In this document: piece after piece, positions 1-45,555 of the stretch | How positions within the stretch are numbered: the first letter of the stretch is position 1 | How the letters are laid out: each line of letters begins with the position of its first letter | Assembly: GCA_002269645.1 (NCBI GenBank) | Contig: NIVC01003421.1 | Location: 1-64,000, forward strand | Direction of reading: 5' to 3' | Origin: Macrostomum lignano | Lineage: Eukaryota | Length of the DNA: 64,000 bases | Made by a program: the position numbers and the translations under genes | Notes under the pieces: generated by a model | Told to the model about the DNA's origin: nothing | The model's database searches: none | What the model saw: only the letters and a program-made list of their open reading frames with translations

Positions 1-287
1 GCTGTGTGTGTGTGTGTGTGTGTGTGAATTGCAAGGCCTTCTCAAAGACGAAGCCCCTACAACTAAAAGAATCAGATTTTCGGTCAGGCTTAAAATTTTT
101 CTGAAAATATACATGAGAAGACAGAAGCTCCAAAAAATTGTGCACCCAAAATACAAAACGTTAATCTGCACAGACGTAATTTTGTTCTTAAGCTATCATG
201 GCTGATTTAGCTTTACGATTCTTGCCCGTAAACAACTGGCCCTCTAGTGAGTATGATTTCGCACTGAAATAGTGCTTTTACTGACGT

Positions 288-590
288 TAGTAATAATATT
301 AATAATAGTAATAATTAAGTACACCTGGACTAATGGGAAGATGGGCAACCGACAGCTCAGCCGCAGCTATTGCGCGGCGCATCTGAAGGCTGCGTACGGC
401 TCTTCAGTCCAAGGACTGGGAGGCCGCCACACACATCCTCAATTACCCCAGCTAATGCTGGCACCCATTTTACAGCTGGGTGAACTGAAGCAATCCAGAG
501 TCAAAGTGTCTTGCTTAAGGGCACAAATTGTTTCTTGTGGGTTCAGAATCGAACCCCCGACCTTTCAGTCGTGAGTCCGACGCTCCAAAC
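288..590 (-). mobile_element. tRNA-derived SINE, copy 1
   Basis: The reverse complement gives a tRNA-like head (GAGCGTCGGACTCACGACTGAAAGGTCGGGGGTTCGATTC, B-box like), a central CAGCTGTAAAATGGGTGCC, and a 3' end CCAGGTGTA plus a (TTA)-like tail. Clearly homologous to the copies at 25845 and 45083. Confidence 0.85.
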
Positions 591-676
591 TTGATGAATT
601 TTGGTAGAATTTCCAAGATGTCCTATTCCCGCGAGGAATCTTTGGTCTCGCAGTCCTCATTGTGTCGCCGGCCAGT

Positions 677-6618
<5,942 letters not shown>

Positions 6619-7479
6619 TCCAGTTGAATCAAAGCTAAGGTTAGGGTTAGGGTCAGAAACCAAAGTATCAAAACTCAGCCAGCGGCAACTCTGGCAGTGA
6701 CTCTTTCTTCCTCTTGCGCTACCGGCTGTCCGAGGTCCCTATTGATAAGATAGATCAATTAAGCAGAGCCTTATCTGGGGAGTTGGGAATTTAGTATACA
6801 CAGACCAATAAGCTGACGCCGATCCAGCAGCGCCTTTACTAATTCATGCGACAGACTAGAGTATAGATCGACAGCGCTGCTAGACTCGTCTATCCGACCC
6901 TTTCAACTGCCCAGAGCTCCCTTGTTCAAGTCAAATAGCTTTGCGTGGACAGAACTCACGGACGGGTCTTGGCTGACTGGCTGGCTGGGAAAACTCCGTT
7001 ATAACAAAGAGAGACCTCTGAGCCAATACGAAACTGGCAATCGCGTCTCCAGTTCATTCCCTCTGTAAAAGTCAGCTGTTCTCTCTCTGCTCCAGAAACA
7101 CTCCGTTATATGCCAAAATATCAAACCAACAGAGCTTAAGCCTGCATGGTTAAGCTCTCAGCACTCTAAATTTTGGCAATTTATCCCTCTCTCTCTCATC
7201 CTTTTCATCGCTACCCTCCTGTCCCTCGCACTCTATCAATATGGTTAATTCCAGTTAGGCCTTGGCAATCTTTTTACGCTTTCATATTGAACACAAACCA
7301 TCAAATTGTATGCTTGCATGTAGAGCTGAGGACTGACAATTAATCGTAATTAGGCGTGGTTTTATACTCGTATATTGCCACATTGGTTTTAGGTCACTAG
7401 GCGTATCAATATGAAGTTACCAGTTGTTAAATTTATGACAGCAATTAACTCATGTTATACAATGTCGTCTCGGTTCCGC

Positions 7480-8258
7480 GACGTTAAGTGAAGTGACGTT
7501 AAGTGAAGTGACGTTAAGTGAAGTGACGTTAAGTGAAGTGACGTTAAGTGAAGTGACGTTAAGTGAAGTGACGTTAAGTGAAGTGACGTTAAGTGAAGTG
7601 ACGTTAAGTGAAGTGACGTTAAGTGAAGTGACGTTAAGTGAAGTGACGTTAAGTGAAGTGACGTTAAGTGAAGTGACGTTAAGTGAAGTGACGTTAAGTG
7701 AAGTGACGTTAAGTGAAGTGACGTTAAGTGAAGTGACGTTAAGTGAAGTGACGTTAAGTGAAGTGACGTTAAGTGAAGTGACGTTAAGTGAAGTGACGTT
7801 AAGTGAAGTGACGTTAAGTGAAGTGACGTTAAGTGAAGTGACGTTAAGTGAAGTGACGTTAAGTGAAGTGACGTTAAGTGAAGTGACGTTAAGTGAAGTG
7901 ACGTTAAGTGAAGTGACGTTAAGTGAAGTGACGTTAAGTGAAGTGACGTTAAGTGAAGTGACGTTAAGTGAAGTGACGTTAAGTGAAGTGACGTTAAGTG
8001 AAGTGACGTTAAGTGAAGTGACGTTAAGTGAAGTGACGTTAAGTGAAGTGACGTTAAGTGAAGTGACGTTAAGTGAAGTGACGTTAAGTGAAGTGACGTT
8101 AAGTGAAGTGACGTTAAGTGAAGTGACGTTAAGTGAAGTGACGTTAAGTGAAGTGACGTTAAGTGAAGTGACGTTAAGTGAAGTGACGTTAAGTGAAGTG
8201 ACGTTAAGTGAAGTGACGTTAAGTGAAGTGACGTTAAGTGAAGTGACGTTAAGTGAAG
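7480..8258. repeat. 15-bp minisatellite (GACGTTAAGTGAAGT), about 52 identical copies
   Basis: Perfect periodicity with degenerate units on the right flank. Confidence 0.98.
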
Positions 8259-9041
8259 CGATGTTAAGAGAATTAACGTCAATAGAAACGATGTTAAAGT
8301 AAAGTGGCGTATTTTGTTAATTTTCAGTTGTTTGTGAATTCATTTATGAAATTTGCTATCAAGTGACAGTACGAGTATCTAAGCGCTAAGCGCCCTTTTT
8401 AAAAGACGTTCGACTCGTATGTGCCGCTGTCGAAACCTCTGAAGATGATGCAGTTTTCTAGCAAAATATTTCGTTCATCAAATCTTTCTATTAGAACACT
8501 TTCAAATTCAAGATTTAGTTCACTAACGACACAGAGAGTTTCACATACAGACTACAGAAAGCTAGTCGAAATAGAGGAGTCAAGAAAGAGCAGTTGCTGC
8601 AAGTACGTTTGGACAGTTAGGTAGATTTCAGCCAATAAACTGTTTAATATTTCATCAGCCCGATGCTCAAAGCCAGGACTCAGAACTGTGCATAGCAGAT
8701 AGGCCCGGAGATATTGTAATTTTCACTCTCGTATTCCCATCCCCTAGGCCCCTAGGGGGAAAACCCGAAATTCGCTGGGTTTAGCTTATTTTCATGCCTC
8801 CCATGTCTACTCTGCTTATACAGCACTAGCAGGCTTTCACTGAGATATGAAGAGTACGAGAGAGCAGGTTTAAGCCAGGCACGCAAAATACCCCATGGGG
8901 ATGGCATCGGTGTCGCCCTCTCACCTACATCTGCGACTCCCAGTCATCTTATTGGCATCCAGGAGGTAATCCAGCAAATTCTGAAATGCTCGCATGGAGA
9001 TTAGCTGCACTCGTCACTGCTATGTCACAGTTCCTAAATTG

Positions 9042-9043
<2 letters not shown>

Positions 9044-9133
<90 letters not shown>

Positions 9134-9144
9134 TTCTCTCTCTC

Positions 9145-9223
<79 letters not shown>

Positions 9224-9311
9224 CTCTCTCTCGCTCTCTCTCTCGCTCTCTCTCTCGCTCTCTCTCTCACTCTCTCTCTCTCACTCTCTCTCTCGCTCTC
9301 TCTCTCTCTCG

Positions 9312-9366
<55 letters not shown>

Positions 9367-9487
9367 TCTCTCGCTCTCTCTCTCTCGCTCTCTCTCTCGC
9401 TCTCTCTCTCGCTCTCTCTCTCGCTCTCTCTCTCACTCTCTCTCTCTCACTCTCTCTCTCGCTCTCTCTCTCTAGCTCTCTCTCTCG

Positions 9488-9556
<69 letters not shown>

Positions 9557-9570
9557 TCTCTTTCTCTCTC
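9044..9570. repeat. (CT)n / CTCG-interrupted microsatellite
   Basis: Direct inspection. Confidence 0.97.
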
Positions 9571-12284
9571 GCACTATTTCGTTTGCTTATCTTTAGATAT
9601 TTTCTTTAAAATGAAGCACTCGTGCCTGGATGAATAATTAATTCATGGTTTTATGGTCTAATTCTGGTCTGTAGAATCTAAACAGCCTCTGCAGGGCCCT
9701 AAGAAAGTGACTCAATTCTGCTTTAGCTGAGATCTGCTGAGAAGAGCGGGGAGCAGCTCAGCGGTGAACGCACCTGACTCTTGCGCCACAACCCCTGTTT
9801 AATTCTGAGCCCGATCACATTTATCGTTGTCGTTCAATATTCACACCTATGAAGGCCAAGCCCAACGCACAGAGTGTACACATTGCCTGACAATTAGAAA
9901 GTCAGGGCCACTGCAAACCTAGCTTGTGTGAATGAGTGCCTGTCTGCGTACAGTACAGTATTGGCGCGCTTGTACACGTTCTCAGGAGTCAGGAATGGGC
10001 AGAACTTCCTCAACGCTGCATGGTTGTCAGACGATGTCGCTGAAGACGTTGCACCAGGGTGCTCGTTATCCTCCTGTAGTTATTAATATATTATAATGTC
10101 TAGAGAGCTTTATTAAAGGTCTAATAAAATATTAGCCAAGTTCAACTAAACCTATTTCTATTGAGCTTTATCCGTAAATGGTCTAAGCTAGTCTTATTTC
10201 AGGTTTAATGAGGTGCGTCAGTGAAATTTTCGCATGTCTAGAAGCCAAATCTAATAGAACATTACTCGACCTTGATCAAAACGCGCTCCATGAGAGGCTC
10301 TATGAGTTCTCTAATGTCCCAATGTCCACCCTAATGCCCTCAACCCCCCGATCGCTTCAGGTTTCAATTCAACCGCAGACGCACATGCGCTGTGCACTTT
10401 AACGGAGAGAATGGGTTGCTAGCGAACATGAGAAATGGTCATGGTCATTAAAAGAGGCCATTCTATGCGGCTCATTCTTGCTTGGCTCTTTTAACATTGC
10501 CGTTAATGTCAACCTTGTCCCTCATCAACAGTTGCAACACGGGCACCGTTTCCTATCCCGGCGGCAAAAAGTGATGCATCGTGTGGAAGCAACGAAGCTA
10601 ATTCGGCTCTTGAGTCTTACAAGCTTGTCACTTCTATGCTCATGTTTCCTTTGTTGTTAATTAGTGAAAAGAGTGAAGATCTACATGTAGGCTGACCAGA
10701 CTACTTTAGACGGAAATGGATGCAGTGCACATGTTTTGGATAGCTATATGTAGTAACTTGCATTTAGTACATAACCATAATGAATCCGTCCCTATGCATC
10801 AAGACTTTCGCAGCATCAGCATGCCTCATCAGCTGTTTGCCACCGTATATTTCACGCATCTTTTTCTCTGTTTGAATACATTCTTTTATTTTCAATATAC
10901 GGAAAGCATAAAAGTATGCACCCTTTCATCATATATATTACTCATAGGAGTCTAATAGGCTGACGATTTTCCAAATCACAGCCAGACGAAATTTCCTGGG
11001 AAAATGGCGGTTCCAAATGTTTCACTATACCAGGGTGGCTACCAAATTACAGTAGGCTAAAATATCATATGGTCAGTATGTAGAACAGTCAGAACAGTCA
11101 GAATGTATCACTGGTGATATACATTTCATTCCCCGGACCTAAGAGCACGGCGTACAAAGATTGTATACATGTGCGACAATAATATTATGCCATAATTCAC
11201 ATAGTATTTAGTGAGGATGATTTTTTGTATTTTCCTTAAAACGAACTAGAATGCCTACTTTCATGAGAGATTCAATGGTCGGTTTTAAGGCATCCTTACA
11301 TGTACAGCATCATCAAAAAAGTTAAAGCATTCCCTTTTTATTGTCTCATGAACTTTTTGCCCTTCGGACATAGTGGCGCCCTTTACTTCCAAGTTCTCTT
11401 TGCGGGCAGATAATGAGGTTTCGGCCATAGACATGTCCTTTTCTATTTTTTTGCCTTACTCGTGCGAATTTTCACTTTAGACGGTATTTCTACAGTGTAT
11501 TGGGCTTCTCTCTCTCTGAGAGGAGAGACAGCTAATAGATAGAATAAAAGTCCACTGAGTGGTTGAAGGGAGAAAGAAAATGGTTTGTGAAAAACGTCTA
11601 TTGGTACAATAAAATTAATACACCATGCTTTGTGGGCGTTAATGGTATACTCAGCATTTCATCCAAAAAACCATTACGCTTTTCGTTTGAATCTCCAATG
11701 AGGGAACGGCGTTGAATGTAAAAAAAGACAGGAAGGAGCCGAAAGTTGCAAAGATGCATTGTAGTTAACTGGGCATTGTGTTTGCCAAAATGGGCTTTTA
11801 GCTAAGCCTCAACAAGTCTATGCATTTTTTATGGTAGTTTCCTTAATTGACATCCAGCAGACCTACATGCAGCTACTCACGGAATCTCCTAAGCAATTTT
11901 CAGCCTTTGAATTGAAGCCAACCTTGTTAGTTAATGCGGATGAGTTGGTGAGGCCCTAGAAACATTTAACAACACGTTCTAAACTAGTGAATGCATCGTC
12001 ACCTGTCATGCGGTCTAAATAGTCTGTCGTAGTTTGCTTAATTGGCATTTGCTTTCGGAATCCCTCAAGCAAGGGCTCGGACAAAAGGGAAGCGGAGCCG
12101 AGGGAGGGATGATGAGGATGTTTCTGAAATCCTTGCATAGCAACGCATCGACTCAAGCAGCATGCAGTTTTCAGCTAATTAGCGCCGCTGTAGCAGGCTT
12201 TCTGTTGCAAATAAGAAGGCCAACTTAAGTCAACCCAGAAACAGAGAGGCTTCTCGCTTGCTTTTGGTAGCTTTCTTCTGCAAC

Positions 12285-13745
12285 ATGTCTGCTTCTCTTA
12301 TTGCTGCTGCAGTTCTCTTGAACTGCGTGTCTCCGATTCTGACTGCCGCCAGCTCACAGTCGGGTAGGTCAATTGTAAAATTTTCTTGCTGAAAGCCTAC
12401 TTGATGAGTGAAAAATTGGAAGACAAATTGTTTTCATATTTCAGTGCTTTCGGCTGCCGAGGTTTCGCCAACCATAGCTGCTTCGATGACGCCAGAGCCT
12501 GGTCGAAGCGTTGTCGATTGCGCGATGAAATGCGAGCCTCCGTATATGCAATACTGCTCCGCTTTCGCCTTTGTCCCTGAGAGTAAGGTCTGCCTGCTCA
12601 CGGAGACGCAGAATGCCGACTTCTCATCCGTCGCTCCTAGCGGCTTGGTTTATCGAAAGAGCATCGACAGCGATAGTGAGTTGTGGGGAAATTAAATGGG
12701 ATTTAAACAAATACGCGAATAAACTGTAGCTTGTATTAATTAAAAGCCATAAAAATATTTACACTGATCATCTTTACATCGAACATCAAATTTTGCGTCT
12801 ATTTCAGAAAAGATAGTTGTGATTGACGGCAAGACATTCCAAGTGATCCAGCACAGATCGAAGGGCGAGCTCAGCTTTGCCAGGGGATGGACTCAGTATG
12901 AGGACGGATTTGGAGATGAGACAGACTTCTGGATCGGTAAGCAGAATTAATTGTTTTAATGAGATAAGGCCGGGGAATATAGGAATAAAACGCTATGTGT
13001 GGAAGAAGGGTCTGTGAAATTTGCTTGCAAGAAGTTTGCTTGCCGAAGTTTGCTTGCGGGACTTTTGCTTGCGGAAATTTGCTTGCCGAAGTCTGCTTGC
13101 CGAAATTTGCTTGCCCAATCTCGGCAAACTTCCGCAGATTGCCGAGTTGCCGAATTGCAAAATACCACAAGCAAAGCTCGGCAAGCAAAGCTCGGCAAGC
13201 AAAGCTCGGCAAGCAAAATTCCTGCAAGCAAAGTTCGGCAAGAAAACTTCCCGCAAGCAAACGTCGAACTCCCGTGGAGGAATGGTACGACGGTAACAAA
13301 AGCAACTGTAATTTTAGGTCTTCGCACAATCCACAAGCTAACTGGCAGCTCACCGAAGCTTCTACGAGTCGAGGCCGTCAACTGGTCGGATGAGCTGTAC
13401 GTCAGCGAGCACTCCGGCTTCTCTGTGGCCGATGCCAGCACCAACTACAGAATGACCTACACTTCGTACCTGAGCAATAGCTCCAACACGACTAGCAACC
13501 CACTTGTTAATCTGAATGGAATGCAGTTCTCTACCATGGACCGCGACAACGATGAGGGCCATAGCTTTTGTGCCACTCAGCGCGGAAACTCGGGCTGGTG
13601 GTACAATCACTGTAGCAGATCCGTTCCGAATGGGATCTATTTCAACTCTGCTGTGGTTCACCACGAAAGCATGCACTGGGGTGGCACCGCAGCCCAGGAT
13701 AAAACTGCGCTGAAGAGCATGCGAATGATGATCCAGCTGGCTTAA
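12285..13745 (+). CDS. Secreted PAN/apple-like + fibrinogen C-terminal (FReD) protein, 288 aa
   Basis: Exons 12285-12363 (signal peptide), 12445-12675 (C-x3-C...CSAFAF...C PAN-like), 12808-12936 (VIQHR...W.QYEDGFG...FWIG) and 13318-13745 (MQFSTMDRDND, GWWYNHC). All introns are phase 1 and GT-AG. Confidence 0.9.
13017..13262. repeat. Foldback element made of inverted 14-bp tandem arrays, in FReD intron 3
   Basis: About 7 copies of TTTGCTTGCCGAA, then a short spacer, then about 7 copies of the reverse complement TCGGCAAGCAAA. Confidence 0.85.
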
Positions 13746-15580
13746 TGTCGCGTAGCTGGAGACAATCGTTAACTAATAACAAGTGTACTTTCTGTGTTGT
13801 AGTTCATTTTCGCCTCTTCAGTGAACTACTCAATAGTAGGGACGGAAAATAAAAAAAATTAAGGCCGATCTATTAATTACTAAGTAATTAAAAACCTATC
13901 CAAGTCATGGCTTTGGATAACTAAGCATATTGAGTAGTTCCTGCGTCTCATATATGCTTAAAAATAAAGTTTTTCTTTCTAGGATATTTTATTATAGAAT
14001 CCCAGATTTAATGTACCAACTACTATTATATCCGATTCCTGAAAACGCATGTAAAACAGATCTCTTGATGATACTGAACCAATTCAAAACTTTAAACTAA
14101 AACATATTGATTTTCTGTTGTCGGTTTTTATTAGATCACGACGTAATATATAATATGTCTTACAGTTTGAAAGAAACAAAATAAATATATTTAACATCTA
14201 CTAAAGATCATAGTTCACTTTCCTATGACGGTCTATTATCACTGAGTCTGAGTCTTTTTCGCATCCAGAAATTGGACCAACTTTGATTTAAAATCCTTTA
14301 CCTATCGCTTTTGATGCCAAATAGTTAAAAGAATTAAGTGATCCTCAGTCAACTTTCCTATTTTAACCATTGGAACTTTTATGATTTATGACCATCGAAG
14401 CTGCGTTTTTGGCTCAAGATAGTTTAGCATTTTGACATTCCTAGTTTGCCCCTTACCATTTAACTCACTTTTCATTATGGTTTATAATGGGCGCCGAGCT
14501 GTTCTATGGACACCTGGACGTCACAGGGCGTCTGAAAGAGTCAATTTTGGCTTGTTTTCCAACAAAATTGATCTATCTGAAAGCTGTACAAGCCCCCATC
14601 ATCGGCGAGATAATCCAGCTGGGGCTATAGAAGAGCAACATCAGCCTGCTTCACTATAGCCGCAGCTTCATCCACGACGATCGTCTAGCTGCCTCCTTGC
14701 AATTCGCATTATTGCACCTGGTGCACATGTAGGACCCATACTGCTTTTTGAGTAATCCAAAATCATAGAGTATTGTGTTCCGTTGTATTACTCTTAGTAG
14801 CCTAGTAGACTGGTCCTTTGGAAATGCCGCAGAAATCATGCACCCTCGACGTACTCGACGTACTCATGTTGAAGGACGTCGCTATAACAACTATTACGCT
14901 GACGGATAAACAACGTTGTACCTAATATCAATCAAGTCAGTTTCTGAAAACATACAAACCCATTCAACAGGCATGCACTTTTAGTGCTGTCTAATTAAGG
15001 CGGCAAAGCGGCAGGAATAAGTGTCATTAAAGTTACTGTAGTCTAGGATCTCCTGAGAAGGCTCTCTGATAGTCCTGGATCAGCGCTACCTGCCCGACAC
15101 ATCTATTTGACACATTTTAGGCAAATTTAATGTTATAGCGAGCAAGTATAACTTGTAAATGAATTTTCTAGGTATTCGATTAATTATGTAACATGCATCA
15201 GTGCATTCTGTGGTGTAAAAGAGACTCGACAGCAGAAGCAGAAAACCCGCTGCAAGAAGTTCTCATGCAATTGTTAGGTGAGCCAGTTTGCAGGGTCGGT
15301 GGCAAGCGGATTAGCTCCAAAACGACTACACAAGAAACGTCAACTTCGTTAACATTCCTACAACGTTGCATGACGCAGTAGGTTAAACGACCAGCTTCTG
15401 CACTATGAGGCCCGAAAATCTCCCTGATCAAATGCTAAATATCCATAGTATAAATACATGTATATGTAATGCGCTGTTAAAAATCTAATTAATTCAAAAC
15501 GGTAATATATCTATATAGTTAGCCATATAATTCCTTAGCGTTCCCTAAGCAATTTACCGTTCGCAGTTACTGATTTGTTG

Positions 15581-15855
15581 ATTTGCCCAGCTAGGGAAGC
15601 TCACACTCTACGTGTGTGGCTATATGAATTTGAATAAATTCTGGCCGGAGTGCACGACGCGTGTATATACATACAAAGATCGATTCTCTCTCTGCGTGTG
15701 CATGTGCTACCACGTACATGTGCATGTGATTTGCCCAGCTAGGGAAGCCCACACTCTATGTGGCTATATGAATTTGAATAAATACTGGCCGGAGTGCACG
15801 ACGCGTGTATATACATACAAATATCGATTCTCTCTCTGCGTGTGCATGTGCTACC
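15581..15855. repeat. 148-bp-period tandem duplication upstream of PHIP
   Basis: ATTTGCCCAGCTAGGGAAGC...GCATGTGCTACC starts at 15581 and 15729, with few differences. Confidence 0.9.
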
Positions 15856-16523
15856 GCAAGATTTACATTAACTGCATAATACATCAATCTATCATTGCTA
15901 CATAGATCTTGTTTTGGCTTCTTGTCCTGGATCATTTAATCCATTTTTCAAAGCGTCGAACGCACGCAATATTTGGAATAAATAATTATCGCAACATCAA
16001 GGTATAAGCAAAAAACGTTATAGGTATCTATTTTAATATTTTAAAGCATCTTTTGCAGTTTAAAGCTATTAAAATAAAAATAAATAAAAAATAAACCCAA
16101 AGCAAGCAAAATTTGGTATACTGATTCTTTCTTGTCTTTTTCCTAGAAACGCGGTAATTTAAGTCGATGGGAGTGCGACCCTTAAAATTAAAAAATATCA
16201 GTCAGACAGACCAAACCTTCAAGCGTAAACAACGATACTGCTGAAGTTCTAACTAACAAGTTAACGTCTAAATCAATGCAAGCTCAAGTAACTTGCTTAG
16301 TTTTAACATAACTTACTAAAAAAATTAATGTTTGAATATTTTTCCGTATTTAATGCAAAGATAAAATTGCTGCTGAATAAATAATGCGGAGGTATTAGCA
16401 TTTGTGTGCTGAATTGGTAATTATATTTAAACTATTAAAACTCATCCACAAGTCGTTGTCGCTTTTTTAAGTATAGGAATATTTTTTGCTTAGGCTAACT
16501 TAGTGATTTATGTTTTGAGCTTA

Positions 16524-43140
<26,617 letters not shown>

Positions 43141-43295
43141 TGATTCTAAATCTGATTATATCTCAATCTCACTAGCGCTGTGTGAGTCGTAGATTATGAA
43201 GACAAAATCGATTTGGTTATTATTTGAATTAAACTAGTCACAGATTGGTGACTTTAGCTTAGAGACGATCGATTTAGTGTACGTCGCTTCTAGAG

Positions 43296-43850
43296 TGTAC
43301 ATTGCAATTGCGATGCCATTGGGAATGTACATTGCTGGCGTGAGAGGCAGTCGATAAGGAATGTACATTGGGAATGCACATTGCTGGCCTTAGAGGCGAT
43401 CGAAAAGCAATGTACAGTGGGGATGTACATTGCTGGCGAGAGAGGCAGTCGATCAGGAATGTACACTGGGAATGCACATTGCTGGCCTTAGAGGCGATCG
43501 ATACGCAATGTACAGTGGGGATGTACATTGCTGGCGTGAGAGGCAGTCGATAAGGAATGTACACTGGGAATGCACATTGCTGGCCTTAGAGGCGATCGAA
43601 AAGCAATGTACAGTGGGGATGTACATTGCTGGCGTGAGAGGCAGTCGATAAGGAATGTACATTGGGAATGCACATTGCTGGCCTTAGAGGCGATCGATAC
43701 GCAATGTACAGTGGGGATGTACATTGCTGGCGTGAGAGGCAGTCGATAAGGAATGTACATTGGGAATGCACATTGCTGGCCTTAGAGGCGATCGATACGC
43801 AATGTACAGTGGGGATGTACATTGCTGGCGTGAGAGGCAGTCGATAAGGA
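43296..43850. repeat. 98-bp tandem repeat (two related ~49-bp halves) just after the PHIP stop codon
   Basis: ATGTACAT anchors at 43423, 43521, 43619, 43717 and 43815. Confidence 0.93.
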
Positions 43851-45082
43851 ATAAGACACAATTTAGACTGTACCGTTAATATTATTTGCTAATACACGAA
43901 CTAAGATGTGCCTACAGTTGCTGCTGTGCTTATGTTTGCTGTGTGATCTATAAATTTGTTGCCGACAAAATGTGCACGGTTATTATTTGTATTGTTAATT
44001 ACAAGTGTAATGCAGTTATGAATACTAGCAGGAATTTGTAAAGAAACCAATAACTATTTTCATTAACTTGCAAGGTTTTATTTTCATAGCATATGTAATT
44101 TATGCTTTCTTGATAGTGTAAATGCTTTTCTTACTACTTATTAACAGTAGTATGCTGTGTCCGAATTCGGCTCTCTCTAGTATAAATAGTTGGCTTTTAT
44201 TTATTTCATTTTCCTATTGTTAGTGTAAGCGTTGGCAATTACCTTTTTTGTCTTTTCTGACTTTCCTTCTGTCATATTTGTACAGTGCCATATATTAACT
44301 AATTACGATTGTATGGCCATTGTTTCATCTTGTTTTAATCATTTTCTCTGTGCCAACTTGCTCTTTCCGGACTATGAATAATAACAATTAGCAATATTTT
44401 AGCATCCCCAAATCACCCGTCTTTGGGTGTTATTTTTGTTTTAATAGTTTGAAAATGTGAACTGAAAATTAAAATTATATTTATATTCTGTTGGACTTGT
44501 ATATACGTGTATTCTAATAAATTATCCTCAGTAATATTATTAATAATGCTTATCTGTCTCTGCAACGCCTTGATTTATTATCGATTTTATTGTAGTATAC
44601 AAGACTAGATTTTTGTAGACCATAGCTTCGTATGTGGTCTACACATACGAAGTTCAGTAGTAAGTTGAGCAGGAGCATTTTAATGTATTTTAAAGCCAAG
44701 GCTCATTTATTGGCTCTTACCCCTCCCCAGCTTAAACCATCCGACCACCTTTCCACACTACCCCCCGCCCCGCCCCAATTTTTATTGCCTTTCTCGGAAT
44801 TCCAGCCTAAAGCTGCCATGTACATTTCAGTGGACTGACTAATGTACATTATTGCTGAACCAATTAGCAAGTTGTTTACGCCTGCAAGCTTGGGCTTCTA
44901 GGCTTATCAAAGTCATTTCAGCTGCCTTGTTTTTATGAAATAGTTTATGTATTCTTCTTTGCTACTGAACTGAAAGTAGAAAGCTGTTTTACTAAGTATA
45001 TATGCCTGAGTGGCCCATCTAGGTATTTTAGTATGTGTGGTATGTACTAATGCTAATCAGTAGGGAGTAGGGGGCCCACTAG

Positions 45083-45350
45083 AGGGTTTTTAGCCTAGTG
45101 GTTAGAGCGTCGGACTTACGACTTGAAGGTCGGGAGTTCGATTCCTGATCCCACTGGAACAATTTGTGTCATTGAGCAAGACAAGAAGACACTTAACTCT
45201 GTATTGCTTCAGTGTTCGCCCAGCTGTAAAATGGGTGCCAGCATTAGCTGGGGTAATTGAGGCTGTGTGGCGACCCCCCAGTCCTTGGACTGAACAGCCG
45301 TGGCTGAGCTGTCGGTTGCACATCTGCTCATTAGCGCAGGTGTAATCAAT
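45083..45350 (+). mobile_element. tRNA-derived SINE, copy 3
   Basis: TAGCCTAGTGGTTAGAGCGTCGGACT...GTTCGATTCC head, CAGCTGTAAAATGGGTGCC core, AGGTGTA plus ATT-rich tail. Confidence 0.88.
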
Positions 45351-45555
45351 TATTATAACGATTCATTTTAGCTTTGTAGTTTGTATTTTCGCGTTCACTT
45401 TAGATTAACTCAAGCTTATCTCTAAAGAGTAATAATTATACTAATTGCTGTATTGGTATAATTAAAGTAATAAAAACAATTTATTTACAATAAATTACCT
45501 GTGATAAGAACACGCGCAATCTAATTATCTGTGCTTTTCTGTCAGCCGTCGTCTC

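Noticed and set aside
340-420. Hammerhead or HDV ribozyme in the SINE 3' body
   Set aside because: CTGAAGAG resembles a hammerhead core, but I found no correctly placed GAAA or closing stems, and the motif is not conserved in the other copies. An Infernal search would settle it.
6636-6655. Telomere-like GGTTAGGGTTAGGG
   Set aside because: Only about two units; on the minus strand it reads CCCTAACCCTAACCTTAG, better explained as a branch point plus acceptor ahead of the secreted-protein ATG.
9885-10072. Possible minus-strand terminal exon (EDNEHPG...LRKFCPFLTPENVYKRAN...)
   Set aside because: There is an acceptor and about 60 open codons, but no convincing partner exons or recognisable homology.
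14654-14839. Short minus-strand ORF with YMCTRCNNANCK, zinc-finger-like
   Set aside because: Too short, with no splice context or termini; may be a transposon relic but cannot be supported.
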